Shown here: piece after piece, positions 39,408 through 53,558 of the stretch
How the letters are laid out: the number at the start of each line of letters is the position of its first letter
Position numbering within the stretch: the first letter of the stretch is position 1
NCBI GenBank assembly: GCA_000708835.1
Contig: DF237016.1
Span: forward strand, 124,001 to 188,000
Reading direction: 5' to 3'
Length of the DNA: 64,000 bases
From: Klebsormidium nitens
Taxonomy: Eukaryota > Plantae > Klebsormidiophyceae
The notes under the pieces: model-generated
Database searches by the model: none
What the model was told of the DNA's origin: nothing
Seen by the model: the letters and a program-made list of their open reading frames with translations, nothing else
Program-made: the position numbers and the translations under genes

Positions 39408-39688
39408 ACCAGAACTGAAAATTCACGAACCAAGGTTCGGAACCACAGCAGCTGTGCAGCTTGCCCTTTGATCAAACTTCAGCAGACAAAAGTTTTGCGA
39501 CGTGGGGAGAAGGGAGCAGGTTGTCAGCCTTTGCTCATCTACGGTAAAGCTGCTCAGAGCCTTCTAGTGGTCACTGTGGTGTGTTGGAGGTCAACCTTTC
39601 ACAGGAAGCCATGCAGATTTGACCGCTTTTCAACTTGTTGGCCGCTGATGAGAATTGGTTGTAACATCTGATCATCAAGTTAAGCAGA

Positions 39689-42203
39689 ATGGCAGACTTT
39701 GTAGGGGGCCCGGACATCAAGATGGACGGGGTGGTGTTCTCCAAAGAGGAGGAGGATTGCCAACCAGAGTCTCCAAGGTCACCTCTGTGCGTCTCCCAAG
39801 AGCTCGCCCGTGGTCGGAGGCAGCCCTTCTTCCCATTTCTGGATTCTGATGATTCCGAGGATTCTGATCAACTGCAGTCACGGGGAAATGAGTTGCAGAA
39901 ACTAAAGGCACGGTTGAGTAAGCTGAGCGTGGGCAAGGAGCAGGGTCAGGTGAGGCCCCATTCGGCAATTCCGCTGGTTATGGGACACAACCACTATCAA
40001 TGGCCTTGGAGGTCTTTGAAAGTGCTCATGGGCAGTCTATGCTGTCGTGAGCACTTCGGATAGGATGGCACCGCATGAAGTTTCTAAGGAGAGCTGATAC
40101 TTTGTTCCGGTTTAGCGTGACTTTTGCTGCAAATATATGGCAGTTCATGATGGCTTCCATCAAACTGGTTCTTGGAATTCTGACTTGAGGGTTTAATGGA
40201 TTAGTGTTCTGGTTGATTGGTTGGGTCTCTGGCTCAACCCTAGCTTCACTGCTGCATTGTCAAGCATATTCTGAACCTTGATTAATTACGTCTCGTTTCA
40301 GTTCTCTAAATGAAGGCGGGGCGCTGAAAGTTAGCATGGTTGAAGCTATGGAGTTGCAGCGCTGCACATGTTATGTTTGTGGCATTTTGGAAGGTCATCT
40401 TCTGTGTAATCCTTTCCTTAATGGAGTCGTTTTGGCAGCTCAATGGAGTTGCTTTGGCAGCCGCCCCGCATTTGGGGCTTGTGCTAATGCTCTACGCAAA
40501 TCAACTCTGAGGGCTTCATTTTGAGCTTTCCAGATTGATCCTTTGAAGCAAGCTTCTTTCCTCAGTGCTCCTGTGGTTCTAAAGCGGGCAAGTTTGGGTG
40601 GTTTGCTTAGGATAGAGTCTCCTTGCATTGGGGTTTCAGGCATTAGTCAGGGTTTGTGCCTGGCAGGTTATGGTGTCAGAGAGTAGGCCAATTTGGGATA
40701 TGGTCTCTGAGAACCCTAGGGATCAACAGCTTTGCCCCTTCACCCTTCCAAGCCCGCCGCTCTGCCATAGCTGCATGGTTGAGCCGTTTTAGGCTCAGGT
40801 TGATTCATGTTGCTCTCTCAATGTGCTCTTCTGATGGTTTCTACATTCTTCCGTGGTCTTCAAGCAGGAGGACGATGAGGCATCCACGGCAAGCGCACCC
40901 GACCTTGATGATGTAGACTTTCGGTTTCGGCAGCTCCAGTCTTCAAAAACGGTAGGTGTCCTGGCAGCCAGCTTTTATTGTGATTTAAAGTAGGTCCATT
41001 GGCTTCCTTGAAATTTGGCGACTGTTTCACTGTCAGAGGAATTAGTGTTCCGCAGACTCTGTCACGGCTCAGGATGCTTCTTAAGGCTCCAAAATGGCAG
41101 GAGCACTGTCACTATCTCGTAGATACCTACGATTATGGCAGGAAAGAACAATGGCTGTGTCTGGCTTTATCTGAATGAGGGGACACCAATGGCGGGGCAA
41201 GGCAAGCTGATTATAAGACGCGTCAGCGGCCAACAAAGAGGCAGCGGAAAAGCGATCGCAACAGGATTGAGCTAGGGAGCAGGGAGATTGCAAATGGACG
41301 CCTGCAGGCGTGTGGTGGATGCTGATTGCAGGCTTTTGGAACAGTTTGTAAACTAGGGAGCATGCGTTGATATTTTTGTGTTGTCCCTTTCAGATGCCGC
41401 TGACAGACATTGAGAAGATTGTGGTTCTAGGCGAGCGCGCCCCGCCCCCAATCGTCGAGAATGCCCCTTCTCGGCCTGCACCCCCGATACCCTGGCCCAT
41501 CAACAAAGTGCTGTCTCCCATTCGAACCAAGATTGACCCCTCCTCGCCAAGGTGAGGCTTCTCCTTTGTCCTGTTTCGTTGATGCGAATTGAAGCCTTGA
41601 GAGGTGCTTGAGCAATGGATGAGCTGTCCTTACCTGGTGAAAATACGCTTGGATAATCGTTTAAATTGCTTGCATGAACAGTCTATAAGGCTGTTTGCAG
41701 TTATAAAGGCAACAGAAGCAATCTGTTGGCACCAGGGCCTGTATCGATTCCGTGGGATGTGCAATTTGGCATGCATTTGGGAGATTTAAACATGGAGACC
41801 ACGTGGACAGATCTTCTGCATTTGGCATATGGCTTTGAACTAGATCTTTGTAGGTAGTCAATGCTCACGCAGGTCTTGATTTTTGCAGACTCATGAAGTG
41901 GACAGCGATTGGTCTTAGCTCGGTTGGAAAATCTTGAGAAGCCTTTCAAAGAGAGGGTTTTGACCGCTTTCCCTTCCAGATATCTGCCTGACATAGTCTT
42001 CTCTTCTTTGCAGAGCCAGCCGCAGCCCCTCCCCTGCAGAGTTGCCCCCTGAGCCCACCACTCCCCGAGCCTGGGAACGCTCAGAGGCCTCGCAGGTTTT
42101 CACACCTCCCGCTCATTCACATTTACCTGGCGAGGACGAGTTCGAAGCCCTGCTTCGTGCCGCCCCCCCGCCCGGCAAGAGCCCGCTGCGTGTGAGCTCT
42201 TAA
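39689..42203 (+). CDS. Hypothetical Ser/Pro/acidic-rich, probably disordered protein; 4 exons, about 230 aa
   Basis: Exons 39689-39949, 40868-40951, 41394-41551, 42014-42203, with GT-AG borders and phases 0,0,2 giving an open 231-codon frame (MADFVGGPDIK..ELQKLKARLSKL..LDDVDFRFRQLQ..MPLTDIEKIVVLGERAPPP..EDEFEALLRAAPPPGKSPLRVSS). No recognised domain. Confidence 0.65.
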
Positions 42204-44219
42204 GGGTGCAACGATGTGGTTCGCAAACCTTGGTTGGATGGGAGGGATTACGTGGAATACATTACCTGGTTTAGTTTACAGGTTCTAGCTGGATTTGACA
42301 TACAGGTACACATTGCTCGTACATAGGAGGTCATTTGCGGTGTGTTTGATGTGGGCTAGGGTGCGGCCCTTGCCAGCTCAACCCCTTGCTCCGTGATTAT
42401 CGCGTCGATGTAGGCATGTATTGGGTGGCATGCTTAATTGACCTTGAGGAATACTTAAAGGGTAGGACAGCACAGGATCCGTGGGTCAACTTTAGTTGGC
42501 TGAAGATGGGCTGTTTTAGTGAACGTTAAAATGGAGAGCGGCACGCACTTAAGTTCCAATAATGTTTGTGACATCGTGCTGTAGAGAGACTTGTACATTC
42601 CGTTGGGTGGTTAATAACCACTTTCCGCTATAGCACCATTAGGTAGTCAGCGTAAACGGCTTAGAAATGATTCGAAATAGGCTTTGGTCTTTACCCAATT
42701 TTCCAGTCCCTCACTCCATTTGAGGAACAAAGGTAGATAGCGGCCTGGGGAGGCAAGTGAGGAGAGACACTTCTGGAAAAGCTCGGGCCCCGTTTAGAAG
42801 ACGATAGAGTTTGCAAGAGGATTGCTTGCACTTTATCTTGACACTTGCCAAGTGTAGAGTCTCCTGTCAATCTTATTAGGAGGTATGAAGCTTACGTTTC
42901 CAAGTTTTTGCAGTTAGCACTGTTGCACCTTCCAACCTGTTCATGTGCCCACAGGCAGTATCATTATTTTTGCTAGCTTACCAGCATTCAGTGACTTCGA
43001 AGCTTGCCTCTGAACACTTTGATTCTATATGTTCAGGCGACATTTCGTGTTTCGGATGATCATTCTACAATTATATTGGCAGGTTTATATTCTGAACTGT
43101 CCATGCCGCCATGGCCTGGCTTTAGTTGCGAGTCTTATCATATACCGCATACCCAATCCCACATGGTCAACTTATAATCTCCGCACGTGTGTGTTCGCGA
43201 CATGGAAAAACACTAGGCTCGAATTCAAACGCGATATACTAATATAAGAATTCTTAATAATATATCGCTCATGGCATGCAAGCTATATACCATTGAGTCC
43301 ATTACATTTGAGTGCAGTCTAGCTTATACTTGTGCATTCTGATGGACTGATTGCATGCAATTTGATCATGCATGTACGTCCAATTCGAAACCTTATTCAT
43401 GCACGCAACAGTTCTGCCATATGAATCTGTGCATATACACATGTGATCTCTTCTAGCTCGATTTAATCAAGTTTCAATGCCGTAGCCACACCGCCGCGCC
43501 GGGCCGAGGGGCCATAACGTACCTTGCATGGCACACCATAACACATGTGGATAGAATAATATACAAAGCCTTTAGTAGGCCATGAACTTATGTGCAAAAT
43601 TCAGTGTGTAAACATATCGTACTGTGCATGGCCTTGCTTCGAATCGAAGTACCGTTGCATTGCGGAGCTTCGTATTGCTAAGGCTCTTATATGCGGGCGA
43701 CATGCCAGGTCAGATCAGCACGGCTAATCATGGTAACCCGGCAAGTACGTAGCCTCATCCGGGTTATTTTGGAGCTGCACAAAATAATGATGCGATTCAA
43801 GCCTGGGTATTCCGCCGAAATGCATGTCAGAAGTGAGATGATCACGTGCAAAGCGGCCTGGCACAATTGTGCATGCCGGTTGGTTCATAGGCAAGGAGGG
43901 CTTGCCGCGCGTGGGAGTCTGATATAGCATGACCTGAAATGATAGGTGCCTATCTGCCCGAAAGCTACCCGAATTGTTCAATCGATCAGTGGCCTTCCCT
44001 GTGTTCTACCGTAAGTACTTATATTAGGCTGCTTTAGCGTCTCATGCCCGTGCCTTGGAAGCAGCCCAGATAAACCAATGGTCTAAGCTTGTAACTGGGA
44101 CTTTTCGGGGTGTCAATTGGCGAACTTGCAATACGCAAACCTGTGCTAGTTCCTACGAACGCCCAAGCCAATTTTCCCAATATAATTTCGAGCGTACCGT
44201 CCGTTTGTGACAGCACAGG

Positions 44220-47200
44220 TCACCGGAAGCCGCCACCTGTCCACTCCGTCTCCTTCTCTCCCCAGTCGTCCCAACCCTTCTCCTCCTTCTTTTCCCTAGC
44301 GGCATTGTATTGAACTTCCGAATCGTCATTCTCAGCACCCCAACCGGACCACGAGTCATTGTTTGCTGTCGGTCTCTGCGCGGCCCCAGAACTCGGACCA
44401 CTCCCCCTTCGAGAGGCCGGTTTTTGCTCGATTGCACTTCCATACGCATTTCCCCCCGCATAGGCAGACGGAGCCTCCCTTTGACTCGTCCCCCAATCAT
44501 CCCACTCCTCCCGCTTCCCCCCCATAAGCGGAGGCTTCTCCTCCCCAAAACCCCCAAACCCTTTCGCCCCACTGTCCCCGTTTCCAAAAGCCTGGTACCC
44601 CCCATCACTGTCGCTCCCAAACCCTCCGTATTTGGAGCCCCCACCGCCGCCGGAGCCGGCATAAGGCGAACTCTCGAACGGACCCTTTTTGGAGTCGCCA
44701 GTGTACTGTTGCACCGTGGTGGCAGCGGTCGCAAGTAGGCCCTGGAGCGCGGTCCAGCCTTTCTGCCCCACCTCGGCGCCCCTTGCCGCCAGGACGGTAG
44801 CGGTCTCTGTCACCTTTTTGTCGTATCCGCCCTCTTTGACCTGCGAATGGGATCAGGGGAGATCAGCACTGGCGTGCTACCAGATTCTGTGGCCAGCAGA
44901 GTCTGGGCTTGCAGTCGCAGAAAGCTTCAAAGCAAGAATCACGGAGGTAGAGGCACCATGATAGTACTCAACTCGTTTCGAACTGGTCACGGGGTGCTAC
45001 AGCCTGCGGCTTGCAAGGAGACCTTAAAAGGGGAGAAAGAGCTCACTAATCGATTTTGACCGACACAATAGGTTAGTCAACGAAGTTTGCAAATCACCCT
45101 AATCTGCTCAAGAGCTTGTGGTGACTCATAATGTCAGTATCAAGGGAGGCTGCATTGTAATAACCAGCCACATTTGAACAGCTCCTAAACACGGAGCAGC
45201 TGGTCTGCCTTTCGTCTATCTAAGAGGTAAGGCTCCTTCGTCACTCCGCACTCACCTTGGCGCTGAGATCTCGGGTGGACGCTGCAGCTGCGGTAGCTGC
45301 CTGAGTTGCGGTCAGCGACAGAGTCTGCCACCCCTGCGAGAAGAACGCAGACACACACCAACCTCTCAGAGAAGCATTCTGTGTTGAGCATAGATGAGCT
45401 TGTCCCGCAGACTTGCTTTCCCGGAGTACTCAAAGACCTTGATCGGGGGCCACTTTCCTTCCAAGATCACTGCATTCACCAGCCTGATCTGCTCTGAATC
45501 GACATAAAGTGAGCCCTATGCAGACAAGGATGCCCCGAATGTATTGCAGATTTCAATCCGCAGAGCAGTCAGCTTTGCTCTCTCGACTTCAATCTGCCGG
45601 GGTGCTCACCAAAACACCACAAACACGACATCCAGTGTCCTACTCGGCAAAGTTGCACCATCTCCAGCCACGCTGCACTGCCAAGACAGCTTCAATAAGA
45701 GCCAATGGGTTCAAGACACCCAGGGAAATCAAGCACTTTTTTGAACATGTAGCAGCTGACATACTCACTGACGTTACCAATACATTAAGCGTATCCACAG
45801 ATAATGGCCCCACCTGAGTCATCATGCTGAGTGTGTCGTCGAGAACTTTGTTGCTTGCTGCCGGTCGGGGCGGGGGCTTGGAGCCGCCTGACCCAAAGCC
45901 AACGTACTTGCCCCCCTGGTTGGGAGGCAACCCCTCAGGCCGGGACGCGTTCTCATGCTGCTTGCGGGCAAAGAAGGACTCCTTGGTGGCGGCAGAGGCG
46001 AGCAGCTGAGCCTGGGTGTAATCTCCTGAGGATCGGTTGAGGTCCGGCTGGGAAGAGGCGCGTGAGCTACTGAAGCTGCCGTGAGAGCTACAGAATAAAG
46101 GACAAAGCTGGTCAGAAGGAACTTGTGTCACGAACTTGTTTCTGTTGACCGCTTAGATTCTGATACCTTCAGCTTGCTAGGAGGATAATGAATGGGAGGT
46201 AATGTGGAGGACTAAGTTTGAGCGAAGGCTGGCGCGGGGGGTTGTGAGAGGTTGATCATGCAGAAGCCTGACGTGACAGACGCAAGCTGCCTTGAGTCTG
46301 GCTCAAAGCTGGGCAAAAGGATGAGGCGTCAGCTAGTTGCTTGACTAGCTGCCCTTACGTCCTCATCAGCACAGTATAAAAGGCAATGGATGCACCAGGT
46401 TACTTCTCAATTCAAAGAACAGCTCACCTATCTTCTACTTTGAGAACCACGTGACTAAGCAGAATCCGAAACAATCTTCTTCAAAACAAATCTTCAAATC
46501 TTTTCAAATCAATGCTGCGAAGATCCGAGCTGTAAGCAAATGCTAGCTTCTGACTTGGGTCCAATCAAGTGACTGGCCCTCAAGGTGCAGTGGAAGTCAA
46601 GTGGATTCAATCATCTCCAGTGGCAGCTGACATCCCCAATCAGGAAGTGAGCAGAAGCTCCATAGCACAATGACCCTAACGAGAGTCACAGTCTTCTGCA
46701 GATCTCTGCAATGGGACAGTATACTTCATTTCTTGCCACCTGATGTAGACCATGATCGCACTCCTTAAGCAAATGCCGGAGAAAAGGCCCAGCCTCATAC
46801 TTTGTCGACTGTCATCAAGGCTCTATCAGATGTAGCGGCTGAAGATAGATTTCATGCAGGAAGGTTTTAGGGTTCCACATCGACCGAAGCCCTGGTATGG
46901 GCTCAGATCCAGGTAAGATTCCAAGCAGACGCCAAAGCGATCCACAACACAACAAGCGGTTTTGATATCAAACCAACAAATCTGCGTCCAACATGTAACA
47001 AGCCGGCACCTAGTAGCTGCACGTAAATATGGAACGTGGACGCACCTGCTGAGGTTTTCAGCTGACTGATTCCTGCGCACGGACCCAGCATTGGCCCTTC
47101 CGCTGTCGTCGCCCCAGGAATCCCAATCGTTACTGCTTCCGAAGCCCCCCACCCCATTGCTAGCGCTAAACCCTCCACTGCCTGCACTCCGGCCAGTCGC

Positions 47201-47611
47201 TACGCTGGCCCCAAGCACCTCCTTGACAACAGGAGGGGCCGTCCAAGATCTGCCCTCTGAGAGGGCCTGAATCTTTCCCCTGTAGACCTCTGCCGCTCGC
47301 GTATTGTACTTCAATTTGATGTCTGTTTCCTTGCTGATCCCATATTGTGCCAGGAAACTGTTCAAGGCATCATTTCCCCCTGCGTCCATCTTGCGCAGCT
47401 GGAGGTCCGACCACGAGTCCATTGAAACAGATCTGACAAAGCTGATGTGCACCCCCAAACCCCTGTGCTTCCCGGAGCATTCCAAGCACATGAAGATGCC
47501 ATAGCTCACAGAAGCCCACTGTGGATTCCGTGTGCTGCAGTCAACGCAGACCTTGTTATCGTTCTTTGACTGCAATTCTCGCAGCTTGGCTGCAGCTGCA
47601 GGGGAAGCCAT
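44220..47611 (-). CDS. ARF GTPase-activating protein, ArfGAP1 / AGD6-AGD7 type; 4 exons, about 512 aa
   Basis: Exons (minus): 47611-47046, 46087-45814, 45333-45256, 44840-44220. Zinc finger [46 protein letters not shown]; middle motif [31 protein letters not shown]; C-terminus WDDWG..WTGGGF, typical of AGD6/7. Confidence 0.95.
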
Positions 47612-48539
47612 CTCTAGCCTCAAACCTCCTCCCCACGTCCTGCCTGCGTCCAGTCGTGTTCACAGGCTCCCACACACCTCAGCAATCAAGCTCCCGATCC
47701 AAGAGGTAAAGAAGAGAAAACGTAACCAGAAAAGATGCGATTCAATTGCTGAAACAGACCACAACGCAAAACATTCAGCTGCCGCTTAGATTTCAAAGGT
47801 TGGCAGGCAGTTTTAGCTAGTTTGACGATTGATCGCTTTTTTTCTGTCCTCCATGACCAGTGGTGGAACCATTGCGGAACGCTCGCTAGAGCCTGTACTA
47901 GTAGAGAGGTCAATTGACAATGCCAGGAAAATTTGCTGCATTGATGGTGGCTTAAACAAGAAACAGATCGCGGGCCAAGTTCATCCGACGTTACGCCCGG
48001 TGATTAGCCAGCCGGGCCTGCAGCGCCCCATTACCCGCGAACGTGGCCACGTGGTAGCATCGCGTGACTTGCCGCTCAGGATCGACGGCAACGGCATTGA
48101 GCTGGATCTGCTCGCTTCCGGCGGCGTCGGATAGCAGGTCGGTTCACATCAAATTGTCCCCCGGGTTTCTCTGTACACGCGTTGACCAAATGGCGAGCTT
48201 CAGTCTTCTCTTCAGCCTTCTCTTCAGCTGAGCTCTCGTCCGTCTCGAGTCCCCATGTCAACGTCATGCATCAATGCAACGGAACCCTAATTTGCTGCAA
48301 GTAGGCGCACCAACGCCCCCACAGGCCACCTGCATTCCATGGGCTCCGCTAAGCGCTTCACCGCTTGCAATGGTTGCATCTTGGTTTCGTCAGAACCTGG
48401 AAAACTTTTCTTAGGAGGCAATGTTAGTGTTGGCACATGGTGAAGCCAGGCGGCGCCGAAGCGATGCCAACCCTGAACTCTCAGACAAGGTCCTTTTACA
48501 TGCTACGCTGAGGCAGCTCTGCAATCCCAGAAACGAGCT

Positions 48540-51500
48540 ATGTCAGATGCTTCAGGACTTTCCCTGAGTTCAGAGCTGATAGTTCTGGGGTCCGGCAGCA
48601 GCACCGGTGTTCCTACGCCTAGTTGTGTGCTGCGCCCCACCAACCCGCCATGCTCCGTCTGCCAGAAGTCATTGGCGCTACCACCTGAGATCAACAAGAA
48701 CTACAGGTCCGCATGTGCGCTTGGAGCGGTGTGGCGCAGCGTCTGACCCAATTGGCATTATGAATTTCTTGCTGATCAAATGCAGTGTGGTTTGGCATGC
48801 CCATGACGATTCCCACCATAAGACTCATCAACAGGTGCTGTGAGACCATGCTTACAATCGATAATGACAAACCAAAAGCTACTGGTGCCATCCACTATCA
48901 AAGTCAGAAGATTTTTGATGTTTCCTTGTTTCATGAAGTACGAAGCCAGGCAGTTCCTGTTTAAACCATTCTTTACTGCCTGAACGCCTGGTGGAATTCA
49001 TGCAGGTGCAACCCGTCCTTGCTGATCAGTCACTGCTCTCCCGACGGTCGCCGCAGCTACATACAGATCGATGCAGGCAAGCACTTTCGAGAGAGCCTAC
49101 TAAGGTGGTATCCTCGCTACAACATTCCAAATATTGATGCGGTGAGTGCTGGGTATGCTTTAAGAACAACTTAAGTATCCATAGCATGTTCTCTTTTATT
49201 GCACCACTTCTTCCATCGCTGTCATTTGATCCATCTCTCTCATTGTGCCATAGCGGGGTTGTCAAATAGATGCAGAATCGCAGGCCCTTGCTGCCGCATT
49301 CACTTGATGCAACTGATGTTTTACATTGATATTATCAGACAGACACTTCAGAATCGCACCCAAACCTGGTCAGCTTGTAAAAATGTTCGCTCTTTTTGTC
49401 CTTGAATCACCTTAGAGTCCCGCACTTGAAGGATTCTTCATGCGGAGGAGTGCTTGAAAGTAGAAGGGAGGACTCAACCTCAGTTTTTACCAGTGAATTG
49501 AGGATTATGAGGTATTAACGGGCCAGGTGATTGATTTTTTCACCACTTAACAAGATCCGCGTTCAGCCCGTGAATGACTGTCCTCATCTGCAGTTGATAT
49601 TGACCCACGAGCATGCGGACGCTGTCTTTGGTTTGGACGACATCCGGGGCGTCCAAGCATGGAGCACGCAAACTGAGGCACAGCCGCTGCCAGTCTACTT
49701 GTCCCAGCACAGCTTGGATAGGTGAGGCGCTCAGATACGGCAAGCGGTGCCGTCCTTTTATCACCCTTAGAACCTGTCTGCCACAAAGCTCTGTCAATGA
49801 ATCCAAGTCGCATACCTATTGTGGAAAAGGAACATGACACAAGGCTCGTCAGATCTGCCCTTCCTGAGCAAGGACCCCCTTCTGTGCAGCCTGACCAAGC
49901 GCTTCGATTACCTGGTGCAGAAGCCCCCGGCGGGGAGCTCGGTCAGGCGGGTAGCGCAGCTGGACTGGCGGGTGATTGAAAGCTCGCATGCACACACGTT
50001 TGAGGCTGGGGGCCTCACATTCCGACCCCTCCCGGTAGGCTCGTCGATCTTTCGTCTACAGCTTAGTCCTTCCGTTTCGTTGATTCACGAACCAGTCCGG
50101 ATGACTGTAAGTCAGTGGAAGCAAGGTCAAGATAAAGCTGCACCAAGCACTTGTGGCTACTGTTACAGTTCCTACGACGTGGAAGAGTAAAGACTGACGA
50201 TGGCCAGCTTCTGCGGAGAAAGAGCCCTGAGCGTCCCTCAGAAGGTTCCCTGAGTCAGGAATTTGCACCACAATCAAAGTGCGTTTGGCCAAAAAGGGCG
50301 AAGGACTGTGCTAAAAGTGCCAGTGTGCCTTAATGAGACCAAAAACTTTTTGTGGCCAGTGTTGCTATGAATACGCTTGTAGTGGGGTTCGAATGACAAA
50401 GACTGCACAGTTGCGGAGTTTCGAGACCTTGAAGCTCAAAGCCTTGCTCTACTTCAAACAAATTTCACTGAAAGTCCTTGTCCTCCTCTCTCAATTGAGT
50501 TCCTATAGGCCGGTCTTGTTGCCTGATCAGTATGGGACTCTTTTGCTATCCGGTGAGCATGTGCTTAAAGGAAAAGAAGAAACCTATTCGGAAGTGGTGC
50601 AGTCGCATTCATTCGACTTTGAGGCTAATCGCCCAAATCATCCGTCAGTTCAACAGGTTTCGGCTCCCCATAAATATTCCAATTCTGAGTACAACGCCAT
50701 TTTGACGAGAGGACTGCTTGATGATTCTCTGTATCCCCTTCTGGCCAGGTGGAGCACGGGCGAGACTACACGTGTCTTGGGTTTCTTTTTGGGGTTGCGC
50801 AGCGCGTTGCGTACCTCTCCGATGTCTCGAGAATACCGCCGGACATCGAAAAGCGTGAGGATCCGGTCGAAACGGAAGTTGGGTTGAATGTGCTTCTGGA
50901 TATTCTTGAAGGAATCTTATCTATCAGATTGGGGTGCTGGTGCAGTTTTTTAGCCTCTGATAAAGGTGAGGTTTTTGAAAGTCAGTCAAGTTTGGTCGAC
51001 ATTGGTTCTTCGAGATTACGAGACGGTTGCTTGCTTGCTTGTAAGCCGTGGCTGGAGCCGAGCCCTCCGTTGGTTTGTTGTTCTTTGTCGCGCTTGGCTG
51101 CCCTGCTGACTGCTGCTGAATCCAACCAGAGTTATAAGTGCACAAGGCAGGGCTCAATAGTTTGTTTGGTTCCGTGTCACCGATCTTTCTTATTCAAGCA
51201 CACCTGGGTGTGACTGCTTAGTTACACTCTCATGAGTGCATCCGAAAAGTATTTCATTAGGTCGTCTTACAATTCCTTGATGCTTGTTCACCGATGTCGT
51301 GCAGTCATATCCGTCGAGGGGAATGGACCTGTCGACATTCTTATTCTGGACTCGTTGCTGAAGGTAGGCATTACGGTCCTTACTGTATGTGTCATCTGCA
51401 AAGATTACCCACGCTACTTTGACGAACAGGGCCCTATGTATTGATCAAATGAATTGTTTGTCAAGCACAGAGTGCAGCATCGTCGAATTGGTTTCAAGAT

Positions 51501-52880
51501 CTCATGCGGACAAGGTTTCAGTAATGAATTCTAGGTTCGGCCGTTCATCAACAACGCCGACCCCTTTCTTTGTCTCTTACTCTTTTCTGCAAGAAAGTAA
51601 CGCACTGATTGCGAACGGCCTTCGGGTTGTTGCTTCGCATTGAGGCTGACGTCGTCCGTGCCTGGGTGCAGTATCATGAGCACAACACCCATATCTGCTT
51701 CCGGGAGGTGAGCGCGCGCTCTACCTTCTTTGTCATAGAAATTGTCATCTTGCAAACGCTTTTGAACATGGCCTTATACGCAGTCACGACCGACGGCGCA
51801 AAAAGACACGGTCTCTGAACATACGAACCGTGACGCTTCATCGCGTCGTCATGCCTCGGCCTCGCTGGGCCTCGCACTTTTCATCCAGAAAACATTTTGG
51901 TCGGTATTCTTGCTTTTGGGCGCTTTGCTGGTAGAGCGGGGACAAGGAGAATCGGTACCGGACGGAAGCAGGCTGGGGCCTGTCGCAATCGCGGTTATGT
52001 CAACCCAAAGTTGGACTTCTCTGGCTCTGAAGCGTCAGATCCTGTAGTAGTGGCTAGCCGACGGCGGCGATGTGCATATTGCCTGCATCTCAAGTCCAGG
52101 TTTCAAACGCACCCCAGGCCGTCGGATGCTGTGTAGCCGACATTTGAACGGCCGATGGTAGACAAGAAGACATAGCAACTTAAGGCTGACGTCACTGTTG
52201 AGGGCTCCAACAGCCCCTAGCCTGCGCTTCCGTCCGGTACTGATTCTCCTCGTCCCCGCTCTGGTAGAGCAGGTCCGTCAAGCCCTGAAATCGCAGTCGT
52301 GTACTCTCGCTGGCCCGAACATCTTGTCTGCGTAACACTGGCAGTTGTAATGACCTCAGCCGCTCCACGCAGAGCCTCCGCATCATCCGGCGATTGCGGC
52401 CCCGAAAGGCGTACCTCATCGGAATGACGCACGAGTTCGACCACGAGGAGACGAACGCGGAGCTCGCAGAGTTGAAGGAGTAAGCTGCGAAAGATGCTCG
52501 CACCAGCGTGCCGCTGGCTGCGTGGTTTGCAAATACTGGATGCAGTCAGGCTCGTTTGACGGGAAAGCCCGTGTACCATCTGCCGGTTTCACATCAACAA
52601 TCTCGGCCCGAACCAAAAAAAACGTGTTGGTGTTGTGACAATGGATAGAGCGCCACTTTCAACTTCAAACACAGTCGCTGATGGTTGCGAATCAGTGCGG
52701 GAAATCAAGCTGGCCGACTTTCTTCAATTTTTCCTCAATAACTCTGTTAGGTTGGATGCCATCGCTTCAGGTGCTCTTCCGAGCAGAGGCGGAAACTCTG
52801 ACATGATTCATCCTGTTTGCAGAGAGGGATTGGATGTAGAGCTGTCCTATGACGGCTTGCGGATACCAGTCGAGCTTTGA
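48540..52880 (+). CDS. Metallo-beta-lactamase-fold hydrolase, PhnP-like (plant AT4G03610-type); 9 exons, about 313 aa
   Basis: Exons 48540-48706, 49006-49141, 49594-49721, 49890-50034, 50749-50854, 51305-51363, 51672-51707, 52373-52479, 52823-52880; phases consistent. Motifs: LIVLGSGSSTGVP..C..C; NYRCNPSLLI; IDAGKHFRE; LILTHEHADAVFGLDDIR; LPVEHGRDYTCLGFLFG..VAYLSDVSRIP; HNTH; IGMTHEFDH; LSYDGLRIPV. Confidence 0.92.
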
Positions 52881-53513
52881 TGCAGTTGCTTGCACTCCTT
52901 CCTTACCTGCTTTCGAGCTGCCAACATCTATTGGTGTACACGGACAGAGAACTCGACTTTCAGCCAGAAGCTTGCGGCTCCTAGTTGCGCCCCCCCCCTC
53001 CAAGGGTCTGGTAGCACTGTTCTTTGCATCACGTCCAATTAGTTAATTAGTCAGCAGCATGATTCATTCGCTTTGATCGTCGTAATTGTGCTTAACATAT
53101 ATTCTAGTGCAAGCTTCCCATTTGCATGCCAGCAACACCAATGCGTCGAATAGCTTTCAGTGCAGAGATACGTTCGAGTTACGGCAAATGAACTTGCGAC
53201 AGAGCTACCTTTGAAAGATTTCCGCGCAGGTGATCCCGGTATCCTGCCTGAGATGAATTGCGGAATGGTGTATGTGCAAACGGCTATAATCAACATAGAA
53301 ACCTCGAAATTTGCTGGGCCGCCACACATATACACGCATAGATGATATCAAGAATCGAAGCCGCCAATGAAGTTCTCTCAATCGCATATTCTGTGTTAGA
53401 ATAGGAGGGTTGCGGGTCCGACGGTTCGGCTGCATATGCGTAATCCAGACTGTAGGTTCAGGGCCCGCCCCAGCTGAGGCCCGGCAGCTTGAATATTCAT
53501 GTCACTAAATTGA

Positions 53514-53558
53514 TCGATCATGTCACTATCGTACTAATATATATAGTGACATGATCGA
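53514..53558. repeat. Perfect 16-bp inverted repeat with a 13-nt spacer
   Basis: TCGATCATGTCACTAT (53514-53529) and ATAGTGACATGATCGA (53543-53558) are exact reverse complements. Confidence 0.9.

Noticed and set aside
52479-52483. Apparent stop (GAG TAA) ending the MBL hydrolase at AELKE
   Set aside because: The GTAAGC is a splice donor; the exon at 52823-52880 supplies the conserved LSYDGLRIPV end.
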